Positions 49,334 to 59,412 are shown, counted from the first letter of the stretch. The stretch is DNA of 64,000 nucleotides from Candidatus Giovannonibacteria bacterium (GCA_023266875.1 JAHFOJ010000001.1:12851-76850), one strand, 5' to 3'. Numbers and translations are program-made. The notes: a model not told the origin generated them from the letters alone.

Positions 49334-50439
49334 ATGTTCAAGACGAATCGGCTTATAATTTCTGCGCGTTCTTGCCAGCCGAACATGGCGGCTTTTTGGA
49401 TTGCGCCTTTGGACAATCGATTGCGAAGCTCTTCATCGCTTATTATCCGATTGAACGCATTTTTCCATGCTTGTGGTGTTGGATCTGAAATAAGCAACGC
49501 GTCTTTACCGTCCTCAAGAACCTCCAAAATTGCTTCATTTTTATATGAAATAATGGGGCGCCCAGCCGCTAGATATTCATAAATTTTTGTTGGGGCAAAA
49601 CCAGGCGTATTCTTCCCTTCTGGAACAACTAGCGCATCAGAAGCTAATAAATAATCCGGCGTTTCTCTATAGGGTACGCGAGTTCGGACTATAATACGGC
49701 CACTTAAATTCATTTGCGCAAATTTTGATTTGAGTTCTTCAACTTCGGAATCTTTGGCGCCAAGCAAGACCAATGAAATCCGCTTGTCTGAAAGAGCGAG
49801 CCCTTGATAAAGCGACTCCATATGGTAGAGCGTAAAAGTCCCCATTGAGCAAACCAAGAACTTATCTTGCGGGAGATTCAGCTTGCCGCGGAGGACTCCT
49901 TTTGAGAGAGCGTAGTCAAAAAGTTCTGGTTCAGCAGCAGCACAATGCGCAACCTCAACTGGAAATTGTTTCGCCTCAAGCGCGTTTTTCATGGCATTTG
50001 TAATAGCTATTATTCCTTTTATATTTTTTAAAATAATTTGCCATTCTATCCGCTCAAAAACTTTTATCGGGATCCTATGCAGTTCAAAGAAAATCTTTTT
50101 GCCGAGTTTTTTTGCTTTTCGAATAGGCAGCCAGAGTCCAAGTTCACGCGTATAGAGCACATCGAAATCATCTCGGCGTTTATCAAGAAATCGCGCAATG
50201 GCTAGCGGAGATCCCCCAATAAACTCGAGCCTGAATTTTGGATCCGTTATATTATTTTCTTCACATATCGTTTTAATATCCTTAATGAGTTTGCCTGCGA
50301 TTACCAGCGTAATATCCAGGTCTCGCTTTTTTGATAAAGCTTCCACAGTTTTCAAGATATTATGCGAATGTGCACGCTTAAGCGAAAGATTCGCGCGAGT
50401 TATATAAAATATTCTCGTCCTATCCATAATTTTTTCCAA
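49330..50439 (-). CDS. GT4 (GT-B fold) glycosyltransferase
   Basis: 369 aa. E-x7-E region ...PEGKNTPGFAPTKIYEYLAAGRPII. Confidence 0.8.
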   Translation of the reverse strand: MEKIMDRTRIFYITRANLSLKRAHSHNILKTVEALSKKRDLDITLVIAGKLIKDIKTICEENNITDPKFRLEFIGGSPLAIARFLDKRRDDFDVLYTRELGLWLPIRKAKKLGKKIFFELHRIPIKVFERIEWQIILKNIKGIIAITNAMKNALEAKQFPVEVAHCAAAEPELFDYALSKGVLRGKLNLPQDKFLVCSMGTFTLYHMESLYQGLALSDKRISLVLLGAKDSEVEELKSKFAQMNLSGRIIVRTRVPYRETPDYLLASDALVVPEGKNTPGFAPTKIYEYLAAGRPIISYKNEAILEVLEDGKDALLISDPTPQAWKNAFNRIISDEELRNRLSKGAIQKAAMFGWQERAEIISRFVLNI

Positions 50440-51286
50440 GAAGCCTCAACGCGATAGTCCGCAATGGATAATATGCGCCAAGTTTTACTTCAAGACTTTT
50501 CACATCGTCTTCTGGCCCAATTATAATTTTTCGAAGCGGTCGCCCAAGCTCGCGAATATCGTTTGCGCCGTATTTCGTAGAGATGGAGAATAGGAATCCA
50601 GCTTTACGAATTTCTCTTTCGGTTACGTCATTAAAGCGCCCATGAGGATAAGAAAAAGCCGTTGTTCTAATATTCAAATTCCGCTCGATTTCATTTTTAG
50701 AAACTTGAATTTCTCGATCGAGATCCTGTCCGCCAAGCTCGTTCAATTTTTGATGCGTTACCCCGTGTGCCCCATATTCAATTATGTCTTTCATTAAAGC
50801 GCATTCCCGCCATGACAAATAAATCGGCGTCGCGGAAAAATCCAACTTTCTATTCCGAGTTTTAGCATTTTCAACAATACTTTTTGATGCGCTGTTCTGA
50901 TTAACAAAATCAATAGTTAAAAAAATAGTCGCTCGCGCATCATATTTTTTCAAAATTGGGTATGCATTAAAATAAATATCTCTAAATCCGTCATCAAAAT
51001 AAATAATTGCCGATTTCTTGGATGTCAACATTTTCCCTTCTTTTACAAGTTCGAGATCAGAAAAATTCAAAAAAACATATCCTTTTTCTTTTAGATACGA
51101 AATCTGATTCTCAAAATGGTTTTTAGAAACAGCAAGTCCTGGATATAATTCAAGGGCATAATCATTTTGTTTTGATAAATCAACAATACTATGGTACCCA
51201 AGCAAAACAAGCTTTTTCTCATTCAGCAACCGAAAAAAATAATTAATCCCTGAAAAATATAGAAAATTAAAAACAATTTTACTCAT
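50420..51286 (-). CDS. Polysaccharide deacetylase (NodB domain)
   Basis: 288 aa. ...IYFDDGFRD...YGAHGVTHQ... metal-binding motifs. Confidence 0.7.
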   Translation of the reverse strand: MSKIVFNFLYFSGINYFFRLLNEKKLVLLGYHSIVDLSKQNDYALELYPGLAVSKNHFENQISYLKEKGYVFLNFSDLELVKEGKMLTSKKSAIIYFDDGFRDIYFNAYPILKKYDARATIFLTIDFVNQNSASKSIVENAKTRNRKLDFSATPIYLSWRECALMKDIIEYGAHGVTHQKLNELGGQDLDREIQVSKNEIERNLNIRTTAFSYPHGRFNDVTEREIRKAGFLFSISTKYGANDIRELGRPLRKIIIGPEDDVKSLEVKLGAYYPLRTIALRLLGKNYG

Positions 51287-52350
51287 TTTAAATTAACATC
51301 TAAAGTTTTTATTACTTCTGCTATTCGGGGAATTACTGCTTGATATGAATAATGTCTTCTGATAGTTTCTAAGGAATTCCCGCTGATTTTCCCCCTAAGC
51401 TCAAGATTTTCAAGTAGAGCTTTTGTCTTCTTGACAGCTTCAGCGACTGAAGAAAATAGATATCCGTTTTCCCCATCTTTTGTGAGAAAAGCATTCTCTC
51501 CCACATTTGATTGTAGAGTCGGGATGCCGCAGGCCATATATTCCACAGACTTAAGTGCACACTTCGCTTTATTCCAAAGCGTGTCATCAAGCGGGTTGAA
51601 AGCAATATCTGGCTCGTATTTTTTTAGGGTTCTAGCAGTGGCTTGTGGATCATTTGCCCAATCGGCTGTATCGTCAAAAAAAACTTTATATGGGGTGCTT
51701 TGCAACAAATCCTTCATACCGCTTACTTCTGAAGAAATGAGCACTAAGCGAAATGGAATTTCTGTTTTCCTATATAGCTCATCTGTAATTTCTTTTAAAA
51801 ACTTAATATGGCCGTCTTTGAGATGAGCCGGGGCACCTTCCCACACCAGCGTATAAATATTTCGAGACGCAGGATGAATTATGAACGGCGAATAGAGTTC
51901 ATAATCTACTACGCTTGGGATTAATTCGAGCCGAGAATTAAGCCCGCGCGCCCAGTCCAAAATCGCGTGCGAACCGCAGAAAACAACATCGGCGCTCCGT
52001 GCAAGCATGCGGGTTTTAAATCCAGAATGAAGCCACTCGGCGTCATCAAGATCATAAATCATTTTTTTCCCATATTTTCTTTTAAGTAAAATCAAAAGAA
52101 TTACAAAATCAAACGGAAAAAGGCTTTTGTGAACGTATAGAATTTTCACTTCAGGATTTCTTATTTTCCAGATGATATCTCTTAAAATTCTGAAACGTTC
52201 TGTTGAAATCCTCCAGAGAGGATAGCGTGCTCCGGAGAAAACATCATAATCATATCCGAAAATATTTTTCAATCGTTCCGCAACATACCAAACGCGCAAA
52301 CGAGAACTCGCAACAGATCTGTCACCTTTCGTAAAAAACAGAATTTTCAT
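51283..52350 (-). CDS. GT-B fold glycosyltransferase (GT4-like)
   Basis: 355 aa. C-terminal ...EYMACGIPTLQSNVGENAFLTKDGENGYLF nucleotide-sugar binding region. Confidence 0.6.
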   Translation of the reverse strand: MKILFFTKGDRSVASSRLRVWYVAERLKNIFGYDYDVFSGARYPLWRISTERFRILRDIIWKIRNPEVKILYVHKSLFPFDFVILLILLKRKYGKKMIYDLDDAEWLHSGFKTRMLARSADVVFCGSHAILDWARGLNSRLELIPSVVDYELYSPFIIHPASRNIYTLVWEGAPAHLKDGHIKFLKEITDELYRKTEIPFRLVLISSEVSGMKDLLQSTPYKVFFDDTADWANDPQATARTLKKYEPDIAFNPLDDTLWNKAKCALKSVEYMACGIPTLQSNVGENAFLTKDGENGYLFSSVAEAVKKTKALLENLELRGKISGNSLETIRRHYSYQAVIPRIAEVIKTLDVNLK

Positions 52351-53690
52351 ATCAAATTTTTAAAGCGCGATATCACTTCTCCAAAATTCCCTGCTAAATC
52401 CCAAATTATTATAAGGAATAGAAAAAGGAAACTCATCGCCGCTATATACTTCAGCTTCTGTTTATTTTCCTTGTCATAATAAAACTTTGTAAGAACGTAG
52501 GCCACAGAGATCGCGAGGAATATAAAAAATGGCGCGCGATAGCGAGTCTCGACTATAACCGGGATGACCGCGAGCGGCTGAAGAATCGCGAACAAAATAA
52601 ATATCCGTTTTCTAAAAATATTTTTAGTCTCATCTCCCAAAAGAAAAACCCCCGCAATGCCAAAACCGAAAAGAATCGACGTCCACAGGAAGGAAGCTCC
52701 TAATGTAAATACTTTCTCAAATTTCCCAAGATGATCCCAAAAACCAGTCGGGCGGAGCATGCTGAAATAAATTCCAGCCTTTTCTAATTGTAAATCTATA
52801 AATTTAATGGGATGCGCTCTAATAAAACTAAAATATTCCGACCACCCTTTCTCATCAGAGGCAATAATTCCATTTGAGCGCCTAAAACTTGCGATTTCAT
52901 TGGTTTTATCAAATCCACCTGTCGCGCTAGCATTATTCCCTACCCACAAATCATACCCGCCAGTTGAAGAAGTTAAAATGACCCGGTGGTAAATATTCCA
53001 ATTGCGGACCGCCCAGGGGGCAACAATAATAATAGGAAATAAAAAAAGCAAAAAAGCATAAGATATCTTATTTCTGTAGAAAAATATTATTGCGCCAGCA
53101 ATTAGATAAAAAACTATCGTTGGACGCGCCATAAATGAAACGCCTAGCAGAAAACTTGAATATAAAACAGATTTAATATTTGGAGAATCAAGAGTTTTTA
53201 ATAAGATATAACTTGTCCAAGCAAGCAGAAAGAGAAAAAATGTTTCGGTGAGCAACATAGAATTCAAAATTATTAAATCAGGAGAAAACCCGAAAAGAAA
53301 CGCCGCCAGCAAACCGACTTGTTCTCGATAGCCATAGTCCTCAAACAGGAAAAGGCATAATTTATAAATTATGAAAGCTGTCAAGAAGCGCAAAAGCCCA
53401 TGGATAATCCATACAAGCCATATTTTGTGGCCAAAGATTTTATAGATTCCGGCGAGAAAAAATTCATACCCTGGGCCGATGCGGCCGATCCCGTCGTCTA
53501 AAGCAGGTGTATTAAAATAATAATCAGGGTGCTCAAGATACCCAATCCCCTGGGCTAGATTCCAGCCGATATTATCGTAGGCACGCGCATCAACTGCCGT
53601 CGGGATTCTATAATAGAAGGAGTAAGCCAAACTCGCGCAAAAAATCACGATAAGCACGATCCATAATTTATTTCTCGTTTGTAAGTTCAT
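52347..53690 (-). CDS. GT-C fold membrane glycosyltransferase (ArnT/PMT-like); third in the locus
   Basis: 447 aa. More than 10 TM helices. N-terminal loop VDARAYDNIGWNLAQGIGY typical of GT39/83. Confidence 0.6.
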   Translation of the reverse strand: MNLQTRNKLWIVLIVIFCASLAYSFYYRIPTAVDARAYDNIGWNLAQGIGYLEHPDYYFNTPALDDGIGRIGPGYEFFLAGIYKIFGHKIWLVWIIHGLLRFLTAFIIYKLCLFLFEDYGYREQVGLLAAFLFGFSPDLIILNSMLLTETFFLFLLAWTSYILLKTLDSPNIKSVLYSSFLLGVSFMARPTIVFYLIAGAIIFFYRNKISYAFLLFLFPIIIVAPWAVRNWNIYHRVILTSSTGGYDLWVGNNASATGGFDKTNEIASFRRSNGIIASDEKGWSEYFSFIRAHPIKFIDLQLEKAGIYFSMLRPTGFWDHLGKFEKVFTLGASFLWTSILFGFGIAGVFLLGDETKNIFRKRIFILFAILQPLAVIPVIVETRYRAPFFIFLAISVAYVLTKFYYDKENKQKLKYIAAMSFLFLFLIIIWDLAGNFGEVISRFKNLI

Positions 53691-54283
53691 ACTGTTATTT
53701 TCGCGAACAAATTCATTCCCAGCTCGAAATAGCCCATTTTGGCTTTAGATAAATCGAAGCCGGCACTCGCCAGATGATCCCGTAAAAGGCGCTTGGAATA
53801 ATAGCGCTTATGGTCGCGATACTGAGCTTCGTCAATTAAATGCAGACGATATGCTAAAAATTCTCCAATATATTTATTGGGCGGAGTTGGGACTGTAATC
53901 AGTAAAATACCCCCGGGTTTCAAAATCCGCTTCGCTTCTTTTAGAATTTCTACCGGGCGCAAAAGATGTTCGAGCACAGCAAGAAGCGTTACCGTATCTA
54001 CGCTTTTGTCCGTCATTGGAAGCTCATGTTCAACAAAAATATTTTTGAGCGTAATATTGCCCTCGCGGCTTTCAGAAATTTTCTTATCAAGTCCTATGCC
54101 TTCTTTTATATAACTCTTGAGATCGCGCAAAAGTTGCGCGTGCGGCCCGCAACCTATGTCGCATAAAATAGCTCCCGGCGGGAGATGTGGCCGAATCTTT
54201 CGTATACGTATCCAGCGGAGAAAAACGTCTAGAAAAGAATTCACAAGTAATTCATATAATAGCTTATTTCTAAAAAAGATCAA
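53687..54283 (-). CDS. Class I SAM-dependent methyltransferase
   Basis: 198 aa. Motif I ILCDIGCGPHAQL. Motif post-I/II present. Confidence 0.75.
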   Translation of the reverse strand: MIFFRNKLLYELLVNSFLDVFLRWIRIRKIRPHLPPGAILCDIGCGPHAQLLRDLKSYIKEGIGLDKKISESREGNITLKNIFVEHELPMTDKSVDTVTLLAVLEHLLRPVEILKEAKRILKPGGILLITVPTPPNKYIGEFLAYRLHLIDEAQYRDHKRYYSKRLLRDHLASAGFDLSKAKMGYFELGMNLFAKITV

Positions 54284-54313
54284 AGGCGTTCCCCTTTCGG
54301 TAAAACGCCTTTG

Positions 54314-54928
54314 TCATTTGATGTGCCGAATTATAGATTGCTTCCCAAGGAAAGTTTCATTCAGCCGCAGAAACCACATAAGCGCCAAAGGGAACCATCC
54401 ATAAATAAGCCTGTCCCAAAAAATCCTTGGCGAACGTTTCCATTTCCGTAAAATTTTCCCCATTGTTTTTTTTCTCCGCTTATATTGCTGAGTCGCACAC
54501 ACATTTTCGACCCACAGAATTTGCATTGACGATAGCGGGATTTTGGCATCAATGTTTCTTAGGATCATCTCTATGCGTCCGCGCTTGCAAAGCGGAGCTA
54601 AGATAATGGGATTTACGATTTCCAAATCGACTCCGATAAAATCTTTAAAGCTCTTAATTTCTCCGTCGGTTGTATCGGCCGAAGGATTAATAATAAGAGA
54701 ATCTCTTGGGATGCCCATACGTCTAAGCAGTTTTTGAAGCATTCTTAATTCTGGCTCGCGCATTCCTCTCCATTGCACATTAGACGAGATGTAAAAATGC
54801 GTCGCTTTTCTTAAATCATATAGCACTTTTGCGGCGTAAGCGGCTAAGCGCATTTCAAAAGACGGACGATTCGGGCTTTTCCAATAAGGAGCCCAGCTTA
54901 AAATTAGGCAAATTTTCAAGCAACTCAC
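54314..54928 (-). CDS. Hypothetical, possibly DUF218 (YdcF/ElyC-like)
   Basis: 204 aa. ...INPSADTTDGEIK... weakly matches the DUF218 S.nT.ENA motif. Confidence 0.3.
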   Translation of the reverse strand: MSCLKICLILSWAPYWKSPNRPSFEMRLAAYAAKVLYDLRKATHFYISSNVQWRGMREPELRMLQKLLRRMGIPRDSLIINPSADTTDGEIKSFKDFIGVDLEIVNPIILAPLCKRGRIEMILRNIDAKIPLSSMQILWVENVCATQQYKRRKKTMGKILRKWKRSPRIFWDRLIYGWFPLALMWFLRLNETFLGKQSIIRHIK

Positions 54929-54964
54929 CTCCTTTCTACATTGTAAAAATTAGCTTATTTTGAC

Positions 54965-55657
54965 CTACCTGTCAATTAAGTTAAACCAAAGAACCGCGAA
55001 AAGCGCGCGGACACCGTCCCAAGGGCGGATTTTTTTACCTTCTTCGTAGGTTCGGCCGGCATAGCTTATCGGCACTTCAAAAATTCTAAAATGAGCATGC
55101 GCCGCGCGAGCCGTCAGTTCCGCCTCTATCGCAAACCCCTTTGATTTTATACGGGGCAATATTTCTTTAAGCGAATCTGCTCGAAAAACTTTATAGCAAG
55201 TGTAGACATCAGATAAATTAAGATTCGTAAATATATTTGAAAAAAGCGTAACAATACCATTTCCGAGCGAATGCCAAAAATAGAGAACTCTTCGCTCTTC
55301 ACCGCGAAATCTTGAACCAAATACAACATCCGCCCTGCCTTCAAGTATAGGTTCAATAAGCCTCCCATATTCAGATGGATTATATTCCAAATCGGCATCC
55401 TGAATTAATATGATGTCCCCGGCCGCATTTTCAAAGCCCAGACGCAATGCTGCGCCTTTGCCTAAATTCTTCTCATTCCTAACGCATTTTATGCCAGGCA
55501 TCTTTGAAACAAATTCAAAAGTTCCGTCAGTTGAATAATCATCAACAACAATAATCTCTTTTTCGAGAGGCAATTCGACAGACCTGACTTTTTCAATAAC
55601 CGCGTTAATAGTCTTTCTTTCGTTGAAAGCTGGAATTATAATCGATAGTTTTTTCAT
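54965..55657 (-). CDS. GT2 glycosyltransferase, DPM1-like
   Basis: 230 aa. IIIPAFNE...IVVDDYSTDGT...QDADLEY... Confidence 0.8.
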   Translation of the reverse strand: MKKLSIIIPAFNERKTINAVIEKVRSVELPLEKEIIVVDDYSTDGTFEFVSKMPGIKCVRNEKNLGKGAALRLGFENAAGDIILIQDADLEYNPSEYGRLIEPILEGRADVVFGSRFRGEERRVLYFWHSLGNGIVTLFSNIFTNLNLSDVYTCYKVFRADSLKEILPRIKSKGFAIEAELTARAAHAHFRIFEVPISYAGRTYEEGKKIRPWDGVRALFAVLWFNLIDR

Positions 55658-56769
55658 GATTGTTTCGACTTTTCGAGCATAAAATCGTATATCACTTTTG
55701 CGCGACCCTCCCAGCTAAAATCTTTAGCTTTTGTTGCAGCTCGCCTTGCCTTTTCTAGCATAATTTGAGGATTTGCGAAAGCCCCATTTATTACATCTAA
55801 CAGGCTATGCGCATTATCTGCCTCAAAGAAAAATACTTCATTATCAGACACAAATTCGCGTATCGACGGCAAATTAGAGATAACAATTGGCTTAGCCATC
55901 AACAAATATTCCGGAATTTTTAAAGGCGAAGTGTAAAGACTGGTCCAATTCGATTTGCCTGAAAATGGGGCGAGAAGCATGTCCGCGGCCGACATATATT
56001 CTCCAGCCTTCTGGTGCGAAACTTGCTCGACCCAAATTATTTTCCTGAAGTTCTCATTGCTTTTAAAATTTGCGATTTCATTTCCACGCCCGCCGACTGA
56101 AATTATTTTAATTTCTGGGGGCAAGAGTTGAGCCAGCTTAAGCAATGTGAGAATTCCTTTTTCTTCTGACGGAGTCCCTATATAAATTATTAGTTTTTCA
56201 TCCATGGGAAGCGAGAGACGCTTGCGCGCTTCTTCTCGCGAGAGATTACTTTTGAAATTCAAGTCCACGCCGTTCAACGCGACTATAATTTTATCTTTTG
56301 GTACGCCAAATATTTTTGTCAAATCATCCGCTTTTTTTTTATTTGTGGTAATTATCCCGCGAGCAACTCCAAAAACACGCCTATATACAAAACTGGGCAG
56401 GCGCTCAAATGCATGGACTTCAAAAAAGAACATGTTTGAACGGATATTTAAAAAATATGAAAGCCAAAAAGCAAGCAATCCATCCCTCAGAAACCAAACT
56501 GTATCCGGGTTATGTTTTATAATGATGGACACTCGGCGCGCAAAAAATAAGCTTTTCGGCCAAAAATGAGGCTTGCCGAGCGCCAAAACATTAAATTCAT
56601 TCCTCACGTCATAATCACCAAAAATTTCCTTAATCGGCGCTCTCAATTCGCGGACATATAGTGTAAATTTCTCCGCCAATCGAGAAAAGGATTCGGACAT
56701 TTTCATGACCTGAAGCCGGTTTACGAATCTAGAAGGATATGCAAGTGGCGTTAGATATCTTAAATCCAT
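55654..56769 (-). CDS. GT4 glycosyltransferase. Start chosen at the internal Met (MDLRYL); the ORF-track N-terminal extension is rejected
   Basis: GT-B C-terminal domain ...IIYIGTPSEEKGI...PFSGKSNWTSLYTSPLKIPEYLLMAKPIV. Confidence 0.7.
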   Translation of the reverse strand: MDLRYLTPLAYPSRFVNRLQVMKMSESFSRLAEKFTLYVRELRAPIKEIFGDYDVRNEFNVLALGKPHFWPKSLFFARRVSIIIKHNPDTVWFLRDGLLAFWLSYFLNIRSNMFFFEVHAFERLPSFVYRRVFGVARGIITTNKKKADDLTKIFGVPKDKIIVALNGVDLNFKSNLSREEARKRLSLPMDEKLIIYIGTPSEEKGILTLLKLAQLLPPEIKIISVGGRGNEIANFKSNENFRKIIWVEQVSHQKAGEYMSAADMLLAPFSGKSNWTSLYTSPLKIPEYLLMAKPIVISNLPSIREFVSDNEVFFFEADNAHSLLDVINGAFANPQIMLEKARRAATKAKDFSWEGRAKVIYDFMLEKSKQS

Positions 56770-57092
56770 CAGAAAATAGTTGAAAAAAAATGATAATTTG
56801 ATAATATTGATACAATGAATCCCGTTAGAGATGATAAGTTTTATTATACCTATATATTGCGCAGCAAAAAAGATCAAAGATGGTTTACTGGTTTTACATA
56901 TGATTTACGGAAGCGCTTTATAAAACGTAATTTGAAAAGTTACGTCAACAATAAATAAAGGGCAGTTTAACTTAATATATTACGAAGCTTGTAAAATGAG
57001 GGCGACGCAAGGTCGAGGGAAAAATATTTAAAAACTGGCATGGATAAGTGTTATATTAAAAATAGATTAAAGCGCTTCCTATCTCTAACGGA

Positions 57093-58565
57093 ATGAATAA
57101 TAGCAAGATTCAGGATAAAATTCACCCATCCACCAAAGATTTTGGCGGGCGGGTTCATGCAATTGGCTGTGACGTGACCGAAAGACAGCTTCAAAACTCC
57201 CTTGAAAAAATTGCCGCGATCCCAAGCCTTTCATCAAAGATAGTTTGCCTGCCAGATCTCTATTTAAAAGCGCGCACAGAGGCTCCCGCGTCAATTGTCA
57301 CAGCAATAAATAACGCGATAGTGCCGACCCTTTCCGCGCCTTCACTCGGCTGTAGTATGGGCGTAATCGCGACGAATCTTACAGCAAAGGATTTAACCGA
57401 AAATACCGAGCGCGTTTTTTTTAATCACATGCAAGATGAGCTGGGTAAATATTATAACTTCTGGGACAACATCGCGGTTTGGCTTGGGCTCAAAACACGC
57501 CGGTTAAATAAGTACGACCTTTCTTTGGAAGAATTCGACGGCATCGTCAAGAGAGGGGCGAAAGCCGCAATCCAGCGTTATGGTTTTTCTGAAAAAATCC
57601 TCGAAAATATAGAATGGGGCGGATCAGTCTATTCGAATGAGGAAATTCGAAACTTGGATCTCAAAAAAATATTACCACGCTCTTCATTCACCAATGGACG
57701 TCACGATCTAGGCTACGGATTTAAAGGAAATCATTTCCTTGAGATTCATGTGATTGAAGATATTTTCGACTCAAAAACCGCTTCAGCTTGGGGGCTTTCA
57801 AAAGATCAAATTGTTATCTTCTACCACGGCGGCGGAGGCATGGTGCCATATCACATGGGGCGTTACTACGCCAATCGCATGAAAAATAATCTTAAGCAAA
57901 AATTCTTCTTAAGAATCGGAAAGTTGTTTTTTCATCTTTTTTCCATGGATGGAATAAAAAATTTCAGAGAGCGCGCGCGCTATTACTTTTTTCCCGAACT
58001 TTTTCAGGAAATTAAGGCTGATTCTATGGAAGGTATACGTTACGGGCTCGCGATTAAAGCTGCGCTCAACTACAGCTACGCTTTTAATATCGCATTAATG
58101 GCGCGGGTGCGAGATGCTCTGAAAAATACTTTCAAAGATAAGAATATTGAAATCAAACCGATATATGCTCTCGTCCATAATTCGATTATCAAAGAAAAAG
58201 TTGGGCCGCACGAGCTATTTGTACATCGCCACACATTAAATCGTGTCGAGGAAGGAAAGCCGACAATTCTTTCGGGCTTCAATAACACAATTTCTTATAT
58301 CGGTATTGGGCTAAAGCCGCCTCCAGAGACGCTCTGGTCGGCTGAACATGGCGCGGGAGAAAATATAAAACGTTTCGAGCGTGAAGGAAAATCTAGAGAA
58401 GACAGCGGCCGCGAAACTATTATTTTCAAGACAAAACCGCCCCCTGCGACGCACGTTAAACATAGAACGGCCGAGGGAGTTGATTTCGTTATGACGAAAC
58501 TTGAAGAAGCCGGATTAATGCGAAAAGTATTATCATTAAGACCGCTGGCTAGTTTTAAAGGATAA
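57093..58565 (+). CDS. Divergent RtcB-family (RNA 3'-phosphate ligase-like) protein
   Basis: 490 aa. Colinear with RtcB. PDLYLK...GCSMGVIATNLTAKDLTEN matches E. coli RtcB PDVHLGKG...GCGMNALRTALTAEDLPEN. GNHFLEIHVIEDIFD matches GNHYAEIQVVEQIFD. HGAGE matches HGAGR. Two conserved positions are substituted (Tyr for His in PDVH, Glu for Arg in HGAGR). Confidence 0.7.
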   Translation: MNNSKIQDKIHPSTKDFGGRVHAIGCDVTERQLQNSLEKIAAIPSLSSKIVCLPDLYLKARTEAPASIVTAINNAIVPTLSAPSLGCSMGVIATNLTAKDLTENTERVFFNHMQDELGKYYNFWDNIAVWLGLKTRRLNKYDLSLEEFDGIVKRGAKAAIQRYGFSEKILENIEWGGSVYSNEEIRNLDLKKILPRSSFTNGRHDLGYGFKGNHFLEIHVIEDIFDSKTASAWGLSKDQIVIFYHGGGGMVPYHMGRYYANRMKNNLKQKFFLRIGKLFFHLFSMDGIKNFRERARYYFFPELFQEIKADSMEGIRYGLAIKAALNYSYAFNIALMARVRDALKNTFKDKNIEIKPIYALVHNSIIKEKVGPHELFVHRHTLNRVEEGKPTILSGFNNTISYIGIGLKPPPETLWSAEHGAGENIKRFEREGKSREDSGRETIIFKTKPPPATHVKHRTAEGVDFVMTKLEEAGLMRKVLSLRPLASFKG

Positions 58566-58568
58566 AAT

Positions 58569-59408
58569 ATGGATTCAACCAAAGAACTTCGCCAAAAACT
58601 ACAAGCATTTAAATACGAAGGACGCGAACGCCCGTGGGGTTATCGCGCGCTTCAGCGAGGACCATCGATTTATATTACACGTTTCGCAATCAAGCACGAT
58701 CTCACCCCGAATCAGATTACACTTGCGGGAATTATCTGCGGAATAATCGGCAGTTTTCTTGTATTTTTCGCCTTGCCATTTAAAATAGCGGGCGCGATTT
58801 TGCTATATGCCAATATTCTCTCCGATAAAGTTGATGGTGAAACTGCCCGCTTCCGCATCCAAGAAAAAAGAGGAAAAGTTTATCTGCGAGGAGTATACTT
58901 AGACGAACTTAATCATCTCATAATTCCTCCCCTCTTTTTGCTCGGAGTAACGCTTGGAATTATTTCAAATTTCCCCTATAACACGTCCATCCTTGCCTTC
59001 ACAGGCCTATTTGCTACGCTCTCCCTCCCTTTCCTTCGAGTTTATCATTCGCTCGCTCCGCAGATTTTCATGAAAAAATATATAAAACATCCTGAATTAT
59101 TCTCTCCATTGCCTCATGCGAACGAGCCTGATCCAATATTCCAGATCAAAAAGAAATATTCTCCTCTAAAGAAATTTATTCAAGCAATTCATCAATTGCA
59201 AGATTTTTTTATAATAGTTTTCTTATTATTTCTCTCATTTTTGGGTGAGATAACAATGCCGATGTTCCGTCCGCATTTGCTTTCAGGCCTGCTTGTAGTA
59301 ATCCTTGGGATTATCCTGCCGCTTATCGTCATCGAAAATTCAATTAAAGGATTCTTTCAAATCGAACACCGCGTGCGGGACATTAAAGATAAATACTGGC
59401 AGAAATAG
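58569..59408 (+). CDS. CDP-alcohol phosphatidyltransferase-family-like integral membrane protein
   Basis: 279 aa, about 6 TM helices. Motif SDKVDGETARF...G...YLDELNH approximates the D-G-x2-A-R...G-x3-D-x3-D signature, with the last Asp replaced. The gene starts 4 nt after the RtcB-like stop. Confidence 0.5.
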   Translation: MDSTKELRQKLQAFKYEGRERPWGYRALQRGPSIYITRFAIKHDLTPNQITLAGIICGIIGSFLVFFALPFKIAGAILLYANILSDKVDGETARFRIQEKRGKVYLRGVYLDELNHLIIPPLFLLGVTLGIISNFPYNTSILAFTGLFATLSLPFLRVYHSLAPQIFMKKYIKHPELFSPLPHANEPDPIFQIKKKYSPLKKFIQAIHQLQDFFIIVFLLFLSFLGEITMPMFRPHLLSGLLVVILGIILPLIVIENSIKGFFQIEHRVRDIKDKYWQK

Positions 59409-59412
59409 AAAG

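Noticed and set aside
56878-57092. Promoter/operator call in the divergent intergenic region upstream of the RtcB-like gene (ACGTAA-N9-TTACGT inverted repeat; TTGTAA...TATATT-like hexamers)
   Set aside because: The region is AT-rich, so such matches are expected by chance. Without transcript data the assignment would be arbitrary.
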